From: Longimicrobiales bacterium | GTDB taxonomy: Bacteria; Gemmatimonadota; Gemmatimonadetes; Longimicrobiales; Gaopeijiaceae | Direction: 5' to 3' | Assembly: GCA_041690395.1 (NCBI GenBank) | Contig: JAWLHJ010000002.1 | Coordinates: 292,707-356,706, forward strand | Length of the DNA stretch: 64,000 nt | The notes under the pieces: generated by a model | What the model saw: the letters and a program-made list of their open reading frames with translations, nothing else | Told to the model about the DNA's origin: nothing | Databases searched by the model: none | In this document: one piece after another, positions 39,128-48,777 of the stretch | Layout: each line of letters starts with the position of its first letter | How positions within the stretch are numbered: position 1 is the stretch's first letter | Program-made: the position numbers and the translations under genes

Positions 39128-40971
39128 GGGCGGTCGGGAGGGGTCGGTCCGGGCCCACGGCCGCGCCGTGCCGGCCGCGGCCGGCCGCCACGGTTCGCTC
39201 GCGGACCCCTGTCTTCCGGTGGGTCCTGCTCGTCGTGACGATCGTGGCCGGCGTGGCGGTCGCTCCTCGGGCCGGCCTCGCGCAGGAGCGGATCCTCGCG
39301 TACGACAGCGAGGTGCTCGTCAACGAGGACGGAAGCCTCGACGTCACCGAGCGGATCACGGTCCGCGCCGAGGGGAGTCAGATACGGCGGGGGATCTACC
39401 GCGACTTCCCGACACGGTATCGCGACCGCTACGGGAACCGGGTGAGGGTAGACTTCGAGGTCGTGTCGGTGGAACGGAACGGCGAGCCCGAGCCGTGGTT
39501 CACCGAGCGCATCTCCAACGGGGTCCGCGTGAACACGGGGAACGACGACTTCCTGCCGGTGCCCGCCGAGCACACGTTCACGCTCCGCTTTCGGACCACC
39601 CGCCAGCTCGGCTTCTTCGAAGAGCACGACGAGTTGTACTGGAACGCGATCGGCACGGGATGGGTGTTTCCGATCGAGCGCGGCTCGGTCGAGGTTCGCC
39701 TTCCCGAGGATGTGCCCGTCGAGCGCATGACCGCAGAAGGTTACACCGGGCCGCAGGGTGCCCAGGACCAGGGGTACCGGGCCGATCTGACCGCGCCGGG
39801 CGTCGCACGATACACGCTGACGGAGCCGCTCGCCCCGCGGGAGGGCCTCACGATCGTGCTGACCTTCCCCAAGGGCATCGTCGACGAGCCCACGGCGACC
39901 GAGCGCGCCGGGTGGCTCCTGGCAGACAACGTGGGCGTGCTCGTCGCGCTCATCGGTCTCGCGGGCCTGCTCTTCTACTGTGTCCGTCGTTGGCAGGCGG
40001 TCGGGCGCGACCCGCGCAAGGGCGTCGTCATCCCGAGGTACTTCGTGCCGGAAGGACACGGGCCTGGCGGGCTCCGTTACCTGCGCGACATGGGCTACGA
40101 TCCTCGCTGCTTCTCTAGCGACGTCCTGGCTCTCGCGGTCTCCGGCCAGCTCCGCATCCACTGCGACGACCGGTTCCTCCTCAAGGACCAATGGTCGTTG
40201 GAGCGGGTCGGGCCGGCGGGCGACCCGACCGGTGGAGCCGCGGAAATCACGACGTCGCAGCGCGTCCTCCTGGACCGGATTTTCTCGGGCGGCGAGCACA
40301 CCATGGATCTGAAGTCGGCCAACGCCAAGACGTTGTCCGCGGCCCGCTCGGCACACCAGCAGGTGCTCGACGCGGCGTATCACGGCGCATACTTCAAGCG
40401 CAACGGCGGTAGCATCGCCATCGCCGCGCTGGTGGCCGTCGGCGCGGTCATGCTCGCGTTCTTCGTGTCGGGCGGTAATGGCCATCCGGCGATCCTCGCG
40501 GTGGCCGCGCTCATGCTCGGCACGGTGATCGTGTTCGCCAGGCTCGTCCGCGCCCCGACGCCCGAGGGCCGCAAGCTCCTGGACGAGATCGAGGGGCTCG
40601 TGCTCTACCTGAGCGTGGCCGAACGGGACGAGCTGGCGCGCATGCGGGCACCCGGAGACGCCCCTCGGCTCGACGCGCAGCGGTACGAGGCCCTGCTGCC
40701 CTACGCGGTGGCGCTCGAGGTCGAGGACGCGTGGACCGAGAAGTTCACAGCCGCGGTCGGCGTGGCTGCCGCGGCCGAGGCGGCCCGTCGCATCTCGTGG
40801 TACCGCGGCGACGGGCCGGTGTCGAACCTGGGAGACCTCAGCCGCTCGGTGGGCTCGAGCCTGAGCACGCAAATCGCTTCTTCGTCCACGCCGCCGGGGA
40901 GCAGTTCGGGATCCGGCGGAGGTGGGTCCTCGGGTGGAGGCGGTGGAGGCGGCGGTGGAGGAGGCCGGTAG
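39124..40971 (+). CDS. DUF2207-type membrane protein
   Basis: LDVTERI, GIYRDFP, DELYWNAIG, LLPYAVAL, Gly/Ser tail GGGGGGGGGGGR; GTGA overlap with lemA. Confidence 0.88.
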   Translation: MRAVGRGRSGPTAAPCRPRPAATVRSRTPVFRWVLLVVTIVAGVAVAPRAGLAQERILAYDSEVLVNEDGSLDVTERITVRAEGSQIRRGIYRDFPTRYRDRYGNRVRVDFEVVSVERNGEPEPWFTERISNGVRVNTGNDDFLPVPAEHTFTLRFRTTRQLGFFEEHDELYWNAIGTGWVFPIERGSVEVRLPEDVPVERMTAEGYTGPQGAQDQGYRADLTAPGVARYTLTEPLAPREGLTIVLTFPKGIVDEPTATERAGWLLADNVGVLVALIGLAGLLFYCVRRWQAVGRDPRKGVVIPRYFVPEGHGPGGLRYLRDMGYDPRCFSSDVLALAVSGQLRIHCDDRFLLKDQWSLERVGPAGDPTGGAAEITTSQRVLLDRIFSGGEHTMDLKSANAKTLSAARSAHQQVLDAAYHGAYFKRNGGSIAIAALVAVGAVMLAFFVSGGNGHPAILAVAALMLGTVIVFARLVRAPTPEGRKLLDEIEGLVLYLSVAERDELARMRAPGDAPRLDAQRYEALLPYAVALEVEDAWTEKFTAAVGVAAAAEAARRISWYRGDGPVSNLGDLSRSVGSSLSTQIASSSTPPGSSSGSGGGGSSGGGGGGGGGGGR

Positions 40972-40972
40972 C

Positions 40973-42238
40973 GTGCGACGCTTCGACGATCCGTTCCTGA
41001 TTCTGGACCACACACGTGTGGTCGAACGCTTCCTCGAGTACGTGCGGGTCGACACCGAGTCCGACGAGTCCTCCGACACGTGCCCGAGCACGCCGGGACA
41101 GCTCGAGCTCGGCCGGCGGCTCGTGGCGGAGCTCACCGAGCTCGGCCTTCGCGGCGTGGACGAGCCGGCGCCTTCGATGGACGAGAACGGCTACGTGCTG
41201 GCGGAGCTGCCCGGAACGCGGCCCGGCCGGGTGGGCTTCTCGGCCCATCTCGACACCGCGCCCCAGTTCACCGGAGCGGGCGTCTCACCCCGTATCGTGG
41301 AGGACTACGACGGCGGCCCCATCGAGATCGGCAACGGTGTGACCCTCGACCCCGCCGACTCGCCCGAGCTCCGCGCGTGCATCGGGGACACGCTCATCAC
41401 CACGGACGGAACCACGCTGCTCGGGGCGGACGACAAGGCGGGCATCGCCGCCATCATGGGCACACTCGAGATGCTGACGCGGCATCCCGAGATCGACCGC
41501 CCTGCCGTGCGTGTCTGCTTCACGCCCGACGAGGAGATCGGGCGTCCCGCCGACCGGTTCCCGCTCGAGCGCTTCGACTGCCCGTTCGCCTTCACCATCG
41601 ACGGGAGCTTCTCCGGCGAGATCAACGTGGAGACGTTCTCCGCCGACCGCGCGGTCGTGACGCTCAGGGGCGTCTCCGTGCACCCCGGAAGGGCCAAGGG
41701 GAAACTGGTGAACGCGCTGACGTGGGCCGGAAAGCTGCTGGCCCGTCTTCCCATGGCCGAGTCGCCCGAGTGCACGGACGGCCGGGAAGGCTTCTTCCAC
41801 CCGGTCTCCGTCTCGGGCGACAGCGCGTCGTGCAGCATCGAGCTCATCCTGCGGGATTTCGACACGGACATGCTCGAAGAACGGGGTCGGCGCGTCCGCA
41901 GGATGTGCGCCGGGCTGGTCGCCGAGGAACCCCGGCTCCGAGCGGAAGTCGAGATCCACGAGCAGTACCGGAACATGTACGACGTCCTGCGGGATCATCC
42001 ACGGGTGACCCGGCTTCTGGAGCGCGCTGTCGAGGCGGCCGGCATCACGCCGGATCTGAAACCCATCCGCGGCGGCACGGACGGCTCCCGGCTCACCGCC
42101 ATGGGGATGCCCACACCGAACATCTTCGCCGGGGGCGTCGACTTCCACGGGCCGCAGGAGTGGATCTCGACCCGCGTGCTGGCCCAGTCCGTGTGCACGA
42201 TCCTCAACCTCGTTCAGCTCTGGGACGTCGAGGAATAG
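40973..42238 (+). CDS. pepT: Peptidase T (M20B tripeptidase)
   Basis: ERFLEYVRVDTES, AHLDT, LLGADDKAG, FTPDEEIG, PIRGGTDG, FHG. GTG 40973 chosen as start. Confidence 0.92.
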   Translation: MRRFDDPFLILDHTRVVERFLEYVRVDTESDESSDTCPSTPGQLELGRRLVAELTELGLRGVDEPAPSMDENGYVLAELPGTRPGRVGFSAHLDTAPQFTGAGVSPRIVEDYDGGPIEIGNGVTLDPADSPELRACIGDTLITTDGTTLLGADDKAGIAAIMGTLEMLTRHPEIDRPAVRVCFTPDEEIGRPADRFPLERFDCPFAFTIDGSFSGEINVETFSADRAVVTLRGVSVHPGRAKGKLVNALTWAGKLLARLPMAESPECTDGREGFFHPVSVSGDSASCSIELILRDFDTDMLEERGRRVRRMCAGLVAEEPRLRAEVEIHEQYRNMYDVLRDHPRVTRLLERAVEAAGITPDLKPIRGGTDGSRLTAMGMPTPNIFAGGVDFHGPQEWISTRVLAQSVCTILNLVQLWDVEE

Positions 42239-42243
42239 TCGGA

Positions 42244-42915
42244 ATGTGCGGCCGCTACTCCCTCTCCGCCCACCGGGAACAGCTGGACGACGCCTATCCC
42301 GTCGACGTGATCCTGGCGGAGCATCACCCGCGCTGGAACATCGCGCCCACCCAGGACGCGCCCATCCTGCTGAGCGACGGGCGACAGCGCCGCATCGAGG
42401 CGTTCCGGTGGGGGCTCGTGCCGCACTGGGCCAGGGACCCTTCGCTCGGCCCCCGCATGATCAACGCCCGCGCGGAAAGCGCCGCCACCAAGCCCGCGTT
42501 CCGGGACGCCTTCCGGGACGGCCGGCGCTGCCTGGTGCTCACCGACGGCTTCTACGAGTGGCGAAGGCCCGCATCCGGAACGGGGCCGAAGACGCCCTTC
42601 TGGATCACGATGTCCGACGGACGCCCGTTCGCGCTCGCCGGTCTCTGGGAGCGGTGGGGACGTCGCGACGGGCCGCTCCGGACGTTCACCGTCCTCACGA
42701 CCGAGCCGAACGCCGTTGTTGCTCCCATCCACGACCGCATGCCGGTGGTGCTCCCGCGGGCGGCCTGGGAGCGTTGGGTGGATCCCACCGTCCCTTCCGG
42801 GGAGCTGACCGACCTGTTCGACGCCTACCCCGCGGGGGAGATGGTCGCGCGCGAGGTGTCGACGTTCGTCAACGACCCGCGGCACGAGGGCCCGGAGTGC
42901 GTCACACCAGCGTAG
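42244..42915 (+). CDS. SOS response-associated peptidase (SRAP/YedK/HMCES abasic-site protein)
   Basis: Begins MCGRY (catalytic Cys2); INARAE, DGFYEW, HDRMPV. Hidden in the 3' end of the 41080..42915 ORF-track entry. Confidence 0.93.
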   Translation: MCGRYSLSAHREQLDDAYPVDVILAEHHPRWNIAPTQDAPILLSDGRQRRIEAFRWGLVPHWARDPSLGPRMINARAESAATKPAFRDAFRDGRRCLVLTDGFYEWRRPASGTGPKTPFWITMSDGRPFALAGLWERWGRRDGPLRTFTVLTTEPNAVVAPIHDRMPVVLPRAAWERWVDPTVPSGELTDLFDAYPAGEMVAREVSTFVNDPRHEGPECVTPA

Positions 42916-44476
42916 CTGCCACGCTTCGCGCCACCTTCATGCCGTCCATGGCCGCGCTCATGATGCCGCCCGCGTACCCGGCGCCCTCGCCGCACGGGTA
43001 GAGTCCCGCCAGATCGGGGTTCTCCAGCCGCTCGGGGTCCCGCGGCACACGCACCGGCGAGCTCGTGCGTGACTCCACGCCGAGGAGCACCGCCTCGTCC
43101 GTCACGTAGCCGCGCATCTTCTTCTCGAAGACCCGGAGCGCGCGCCGCATCCTGTCCGCCAGGCCGAGCCCGACGACGTCGAGCACCGCTCCGACGTCCG
43201 CGCCGGTGAGCCCGGGCTGGTAGCTCGTCTCCGGCACCGTGCTCGAGCCACGGCCCGCCAGGAAGTCCGTGGCACGCGTGGCTGGGGCACGCAGTCCGCC
43301 CCCTCCGCCCTGCCAGGCGGCTTCTTCGATACGCCGTTGGAGCTCGATGCCGGCGAGCGGGCCGCTGAAGCCGGCCCGCAACGTATCCTCGACCTCGATG
43401 CCGACCACGAGCCCCGAGTTCGCGTACGGGGAGTTCCGCTTGGACAGGCTCATGCCGTTCAAGACGAGCTCGCCCTCCGTGGTGGACGCCGGCACCACGA
43501 AGCCGCCCGGGCACATGCAGAAAGTGAAGACGCCCCGCCCCGACTCGGTGTGCGCGAGCCGATAGGCCGCGTTCGGAAGCTTCGGGTGATCCGCGTACCG
43601 TCCGTACTGGATCTCGTTGATGAACGGCTGCGGGTGCTCGATCCGTACGCCCAGCGCGAACGGCTTCGGTGTCAGCTCGACGCCGAGATCGAGGAGCATC
43701 AGCGAGATGTCGCGCGCCGAATGCCCGGTGGCGAGCACCACCGCGTCGGCCCCGATCTCCTCGCCCCCCTCGAGCCGCACGCCCGTCACCCGTCGCCGCC
43801 CGTCCATGTCACGCGTGACCAGCCCGACCACCCGCGCCCCGAAGCGGAACCCGACCCCGTGCTCCTCGAGGCGGGTCCGCATCGACGTGATCACCTTCGG
43901 CAGCTTGTTGCTCCCGATGTGCGGCCGGGCATCTGTCAGGATCGCCTCCGGAGCACCGTGGAGCCGGAGCACCTCCAGGACGTCGCGACAGTCGCCGCGC
44001 TTGTGCGACCGGGTGTAGAGCTTGCCGTCGCTGTAGGTCCCCGCCCCGCCCTCTCCGAAGCAGTAGTTGCTGTCCGGGTCCACCACGCCGAACTGGTTCA
44101 GCCCGCGGAGGTCCCGGCGGCGAGGCTGCACGGTCTTCCCGCGATCGACGACCGTGCACCCGATGCCACGACGGGCGAGCTCGTAGGCGCAGAAGAGCCC
44201 GGCGGGCCCGTCACCGATGATGACCACCCGCCCGAGTCGGTCCACGTCGACCGGGTGCGGGGCGCCGATGTCGCTCGGCTCGGGCGCGACCTCCATCAGG
44301 AGCCGGAAGACGACGCGGCCGTGACGCGCGTCGATCGATCGCTTCCTGAGCGCGATCTCCGGAAGCTCGTCGACGCCGACGCTCGCCTTCCGGGCGGCCT
44401 TCCGACGGAGGGTGGCTTCGTCGTCGGCTTCGTCGAGTCCCAGCTCGATCTCGATCTCGGAGGGAAGTGTGCTCAT
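42902..44476 (-). CDS. Uncharacterised FAD-dependent oxidoreductase (COG2509-like)
   Basis: IGDGPAG, FGEGGAGTYSDGKL, PHIGS, FCMCPGG, ESRTSSPVR, GEGAGYAGGI. ATG 44476 chosen as start. Confidence 0.88.
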   Translation of the reverse strand: MSTLPSEIEIELGLDEADDEATLRRKAARKASVGVDELPEIALRKRSIDARHGRVVFRLLMEVAPEPSDIGAPHPVDVDRLGRVVIIGDGPAGLFCAYELARRGIGCTVVDRGKTVQPRRRDLRGLNQFGVVDPDSNYCFGEGGAGTYSDGKLYTRSHKRGDCRDVLEVLRLHGAPEAILTDARPHIGSNKLPKVITSMRTRLEEHGVGFRFGARVVGLVTRDMDGRRRVTGVRLEGGEEIGADAVVLATGHSARDISLMLLDLGVELTPKPFALGVRIEHPQPFINEIQYGRYADHPKLPNAAYRLAHTESGRGVFTFCMCPGGFVVPASTTEGELVLNGMSLSKRNSPYANSGLVVGIEVEDTLRAGFSGPLAGIELQRRIEEAAWQGGGGGLRAPATRATDFLAGRGSSTVPETSYQPGLTGADVGAVLDVVGLGLADRMRRALRVFEKKMRGYVTDEAVLLGVESRTSSPVRVPRDPERLENPDLAGLYPCGEGAGYAGGIMSAAMDGMKVARSVAATLV

Positions 44477-44561
44477 GGCCGGACGTGGAAAGGCGAACGG
44501 GCGCGGCGACGGCGCCGCGAGGCCGGGAATGTAGCGACCCGGAACCCTGGGTGAAGCGAGC

Positions 44562-44603
44562 TTGCGGAGTCTACATAAGCGACATATATATTTACGATAG
44601 ACA
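44562..44603 (+). promoter_or_regulatory. AT-rich promoter/operator upstream of padR
   Basis: TTGCGG-17bp-TATATA; CTACATAAGCGACATATATATTTACGATAGAC is a conspicuous AT-rich island in this GC-rich window. Confidence 0.55.
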
Positions 44604-44637
44604 CTCACTGCCGCGCCATCCACCGGTACTTCCCGCC

Positions 44638-44967
44638 ATGACGAGCTCGCCGCTGACCCCGCTCTCGCTCCATATCCTGCTCTCGCTCGTGGACACGCCG
44701 ATGCACGGCTATGGAATCCTCAAGGCCATCGAGGACCGAACGGACGGCGCGGAGACGCCCTCCACCGGCGCGCTCTACCTCGCGCTGCAGCGGCTCGAGC
44801 GGGAAGGGCACATCGAGCCAGGTGACGCGCCCGAGAGCGAGACGGACGCTCGTCGCCGCTACTGGGCGCTGACCCCGGAGGGCCGGGACGCGGCGCGCGA
44901 CGAGGTGGAGCGGATGGCGGCCCTGGTCGGCCATCCGTCCGCGCGCTTGCTTCGCGCGGAGGGCTGA
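44638..44967 (+). CDS. PadR-family transcriptional regulator (second subtype)
   Basis: HILLSL, MHGYGILKAIE, GALYLALQRL, RRRYWALTPEGR. Confidence 0.9.
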   Translation: MTSSPLTPLSLHILLSLVDTPMHGYGILKAIEDRTDGAETPSTGALYLALQRLEREGHIEPGDAPESETDARRRYWALTPEGRDAARDEVERMAALVGHPSARLLRAEG

Positions 44968-44972
44968 GCGCC

Positions 44973-47660
44973 GTGGTCCCCGGCCGCGAGCCGTGGCTCC
45001 GGGTGCTCCTGAGGCTGCAACCGCGGAGCGTCCGCCGCGCCTTCGGCGCCGAATGGATGGACACGGCCCGAGCGCGGGACGCCGATGCGGCGGCGCGGGG
45101 CATCCGGCGTCTGGTGACGCACAGGATCCGCGAAGGAGCGGGCGCGCTCGCCTCGGGCGTGAGAGGACGACTCTCCGGAGGTCGGTGGGTCGACGAACTG
45201 ACCGGACGGGAGGGGACGATGGGGACGTGGTCGCTCGATCTTCGCTATGCGGTTCGCTCGCTCCGGCGGGCGAAGGGATTCACGGTGGTCTCCATGCTGG
45301 TGCTGGGCATCGGCATCGCCGCCGCCACCACCATCTTCAGCGGCGTGCACGCGGTGCTGCTGGCCCCCCTCCCCTTCGCCGAGCCCCACCGCATGGTCGG
45401 CCTGTGGGAGCGCAACCCGGACTTCGGATGGGAGCAGCAGGACGCCGCCCCGGCGAACGTGCTCGATTGGCGCGAGCGGGTGAGCGCGTTCGAGGACGTC
45501 GCGGCGTATCGAGGGAACTCCGTCGGCCGGGTGACGTGGCTCGGCGGCGGGGAGCCCAGATCCGTGGCCTTCGTCGACGTGACGGGCAACCTGTTCGACG
45601 TCCTCGGCGTGCGTCCGGCGCTCGGCACCCTGCCCGGATTCCAGGACACGTGGGCGGTGGGCGAGCCGTGGGTGGTGGTCAGCCACGCGTTCTGGACCGA
45701 AGCCCTGGGCGGCGACCCGGACGCTGTCGGCCGGACGCTCGAGCTCGACGGCGGTGCCCCGCGCATCCGCGCGGTACTGCCCGAGGGATTCCGCTTTCCG
45801 GCAGCCGAGATCGATCTGTGGGCCCCCTACGGCTGGGCCCCCGACGCGAGGGATCAGGCCTGGTTCCGGCGCGCACACTTCGTGACGCCCGTGGCCCGGC
45901 TGGCGCCCGGCGTCACGGTGGAGCGCGCCCGCTCCGAGCTCGAGGCAGTCGCGCTCGAGCTGCAGGCCGAGCATCCCACGCTCAACCGCAACATGTTCGC
46001 GGGCCTGACCCCGCTGCGGCCATGGCTCGCGGGCGATCTCGCCCGCCCGCTCCAGGCGCTCATGGCGGCGGTCACCATCCTGCTGCTGCTCGCGTGCGTG
46101 AACGTCGGCAACCTTTTCATGGCGCGCGCCGCCGCCCGCTCCGGAGAGCTCTCCATGCGCCGGGCCATCGGGGCCGGCCGCGGCCGGATCGTCGGGCAGC
46201 TCATGGCGGAGAGCCTTCTCGTCGCCGCGGGAGGAGGGCTCATCGGCGTCGCGCTGAGCGCCGGCGGCATCCCGGTCCTCGAGCGCATCCGTCCGTTGGG
46301 ACTGGCCGGAACGACATCGATCGAGCTGAACACCGCCGTTCTCGGCTTCGCCCTGCTCGCCAGCCTGATCGCGGCCGCGACCTTCGGCCTGGCTCCGGCA
46401 TTCCGGGCCGCGCGGAGCGCGGATCCGGCCCACCTTGCGGGGCACCGTGGGCAGGCCGGGGCGGGGGGGCCAGGGCGACGTCGACCCGGCGACCTGCTCA
46501 TCCCCGCTCAGACGGCGCTGGCGGTCGTGCTCCTGCTGGGCGCCGGCCTCGTGACCCGGAGCTTCGCCCGGACACTCGCTGAAGAGCCCGGCATCGACCC
46601 CGAGGGTGTCTGGACCTTCACCCTCTCCGCACCCGGGAACCGGTACGAGAATCGCGACGCGGTGCTCCAGTTCTGGGATCGCGTCGTGACCTCCCTCGAA
46701 GCGCAGCCCGAGGTGGGCCGCGCGGCGGTTACGAGCGGTGTCCCGCTCACGCGTGCGGGATGGACCAGCCAACTGGTAGTGCAGGACTGGGATCCCGGCC
46801 GTCTGGCCTTCGAGGTCCGGCACCGCGCGGCCACGCCCGGCTACTTCGACGTCATGGGGGTACCCCTCCTCGCCGGACGGAGCTTCCATCCGGACGACGG
46901 CCTGGAGGGCGAGCCGGTCGCCCTCGTGAACCAGCGCTTCGTCGACGCGTACCTCGCCGGTGAGGAGGTGATCGGCAGACAGGTCACCTTCGACCGCGAG
47001 CCCACGGACGGCTCCGTGTGGCGCACCATCGTGGGTGTGGTCGGGGACGAACGACAGCTCACGCTCACCCAACCTCCCGAACCGGAGGTGTGGGAGCCCT
47101 TGCCCCAGGACTGGGGGAACACCCGGTCGGTGGTGGTGAAGCTCGGCGGCGCTCCGTCCGACCCGCGGGCGGTCCTCGAAGGGGCCGTGCATCGCGTCGA
47201 CGCACGGATTCCGCTCGTCGGGCTCCGCACCATGCGCGACGTCGTGGATGCCGCCTCCGCGGACGCGCGCTTCCTCCTTCTCCTGTTCGGACTCTTCGCG
47301 GGACTCGCGCTCGTGCTCGCCGCCGTCGGTGTTTTCGGTGTCACGGCGCAGAGCGTGCGCCGCCGGATCCCGGAGCTCGGGGTGCGCATCGCCCTCGGGG
47401 CCGACGCGCGTCAGGTGCAGGACATGGTCCTCCGACGGGTGCTCGCGCTCGCTGGCGCAGGCATCCTCGTCGGCGTGGCCGTCTCCCTGGCCGTGTCCGG
47501 CGCGCTCGCGCCCCTGCTCCACGAGACATCGGCCCGGGACCGGGTCGCCTTCACCGCGGCGCCGGCCATCCTCCTCGTCGTCGCGCTGCTCTCCGGGTGG
47601 CTTCCCGCCCGGCGGGCCTCACGGGTGGACCCGGTACGGAGCCTGACCGGAGGAGGATGA
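44973..47660 (+). CDS. Duplicated MacB/FtsX-type orphan permease (ADOP-like) with a different N-terminal prefix
   Basis: Prefix LLRLQPRSVRRAFGAEW; DLRYAVRSL, ACVNVGNL, ELGVRIALGA, LPARRASRVDP. Confidence 0.9.
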   Translation: MVPGREPWLRVLLRLQPRSVRRAFGAEWMDTARARDADAAARGIRRLVTHRIREGAGALASGVRGRLSGGRWVDELTGREGTMGTWSLDLRYAVRSLRRAKGFTVVSMLVLGIGIAAATTIFSGVHAVLLAPLPFAEPHRMVGLWERNPDFGWEQQDAAPANVLDWRERVSAFEDVAAYRGNSVGRVTWLGGGEPRSVAFVDVTGNLFDVLGVRPALGTLPGFQDTWAVGEPWVVVSHAFWTEALGGDPDAVGRTLELDGGAPRIRAVLPEGFRFPAAEIDLWAPYGWAPDARDQAWFRRAHFVTPVARLAPGVTVERARSELEAVALELQAEHPTLNRNMFAGLTPLRPWLAGDLARPLQALMAAVTILLLLACVNVGNLFMARAAARSGELSMRRAIGAGRGRIVGQLMAESLLVAAGGGLIGVALSAGGIPVLERIRPLGLAGTTSIELNTAVLGFALLASLIAAATFGLAPAFRAARSADPAHLAGHRGQAGAGGPGRRRPGDLLIPAQTALAVVLLLGAGLVTRSFARTLAEEPGIDPEGVWTFTLSAPGNRYENRDAVLQFWDRVVTSLEAQPEVGRAAVTSGVPLTRAGWTSQLVVQDWDPGRLAFEVRHRAATPGYFDVMGVPLLAGRSFHPDDGLEGEPVALVNQRFVDAYLAGEEVIGRQVTFDREPTDGSVWRTIVGVVGDERQLTLTQPPEPEVWEPLPQDWGNTRSVVVKLGGAPSDPRAVLEGAVHRVDARIPLVGLRTMRDVVDAASADARFLLLLFGLFAGLALVLAAVGVFGVTAQSVRRRIPELGVRIALGADARQVQDMVLRRVLALAGAGILVGVAVSLAVSGALAPLLHETSARDRVAFTAAPAILLVVALLSGWLPARRASRVDPVRSLTGGG

Positions 47661-47677
47661 CCCCACGCGGATCGAGG

Positions 47678-48292
47678 TCAGAACATCACGTTCAGACGGA
47701 GCATCAGCTTGCCGATCCGGCGCTCGCCGTCGTCGGGTGTCACGGTGACGGAGCCCACCTGGATCTGCTCGCTGAAGTAGTCCGTGACTCCCAGGCTGTA
47801 CCGCAGCTCGGGCATCAGGCTGAACGGCAGGGCCGGCAGCCGGAGATCCAGACCTGCGCCAATGTCCGCGCTGAGCGACATATCTTCGACGGCCGACTCG
47901 GCATCCCCGGACCGCGGGAAGGTCAACACCGGGCCGGCGAGTATGAAGGGACGGGCGGGCCCCTCGGGTATCAGGGTCAGCCGCACATCGATGGGCACCT
48001 CGATGGCCGACAGGTCGAGCTCGTCGCCCGACGGGAAGTCGTACGTCCCGAGACGGTGGTAGTAGACACCCGGTCGCAGGCTGAGCGAGCCGCTGCCCAG
48101 GTTGACGAAGAGGCCGAAGTGGTACCCGGTGGAAGCGTCGAGCGTGGCGCTCCCGCTACCCGAGTCGATGTCCTCGAAGTCACTGAAGTTCAGGCCGGCA
48201 CCGATGCCCAGCTGAGCGTACGCGGGGAGAGCGCTCAGGAGAGTGGCGGCCACGGCGACGGTGGAGCCGAAGAGAAGGCGTCGTACGTTCAT
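47678..48292 (-). CDS. Outer-membrane beta-barrel protein (porin-family/OmpA-like barrel)
   Basis: Signal peptide ending AYA-Q, GAGLNFS, ELRYSLG, C-terminal Phe. ATG 48292 chosen as start. Confidence 0.8.
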   Translation of the reverse strand: MNVRRLLFGSTVAVAATLLSALPAYAQLGIGAGLNFSDFEDIDSGSGSATLDASTGYHFGLFVNLGSGSLSLRPGVYYHRLGTYDFPSGDELDLSAIEVPIDVRLTLIPEGPARPFILAGPVLTFPRSGDAESAVEDMSLSADIGAGLDLRLPALPFSLMPELRYSLGVTDYFSEQIQVGSVTVTPDDGERRIGKLMLRLNVMF

Positions 48293-48350
48293 GGGAAGAT
48301 CCTTGATGATCGAGAGAACACCGCGGGAGAGCGGATTCACATGTCTTATA

Positions 48351-48366
48351 TGCAAGGTCCGGACCG
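48351..48366 (-). promoter_or_regulatory. Possible sigma54 (-24/-12) promoter
   Basis: Minus strand CGGTCCGGACCTTGCA has GG-N10-GC with TTGCA; the -24 half is weak. Confidence 0.25.
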
Positions 48367-48521
48367 CCTCGGCGGTGCGGCGGACGGCAGCTTGGCGGCC
48401 GAAAGGACTCCGCCGCTCGTCCGGGGTGGCGTGCGGCCGAGCCCGGCGGCACGATGGATGCATCGCTTACCCAGTGGAGCGGGTCGTCGACCCGTCCAAC
48501 GGCACCGGACAGGAGTAGATC

Positions 48522-48734
48522 ATGAACGGACGCAGAGCGCTCGGCCTCGCACTCCTCGTGGGGGGACTCCTCCTCCTCTACTTCGGGATGAACGAGTCAC
48601 AGTCCTTCGCCTCGGACATGTCCGAGATGATGACCGGATCACCGACGGACCGCTCCATCTGGATGCTCGTCACCGGGGGCGCTGCCGCGGTCCTCGGGGG
48701 CTTCCTGGCCCTCACGCCCGGCGGGTCCCGCTAG
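48522..48734 (+). CDS. DUF3185-like small membrane protein
   Basis: AGGAG RBS; two TM helices flanking SFASDMSEMMTGSPTDRSIW. Confidence 0.8.
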   Translation: MNGRRALGLALLVGGLLLLYFGMNESQSFASDMSEMMTGSPTDRSIWMLVTGGAAAVLGGFLALTPGGSR

Positions 48735-48777
48735 GTAGGCGCCGGAACGGACCTGCTTGGGCCCGGGCCATGGCGTG

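Noticed and set aside
40912..40968. GGN-rich low-complexity repeat
   Set aside because: It encodes the normal Gly/Ser tail of DUF2207 proteins and is not a separate repeat element.
41080..42243. Apparent 611-aa fusion ending in the SRAP domain
   Set aside because: The upstream part is an Arg/Pro-rich alternative frame of pepT. SRAP needs Cys at position 2, so the real start is ATG 42244.
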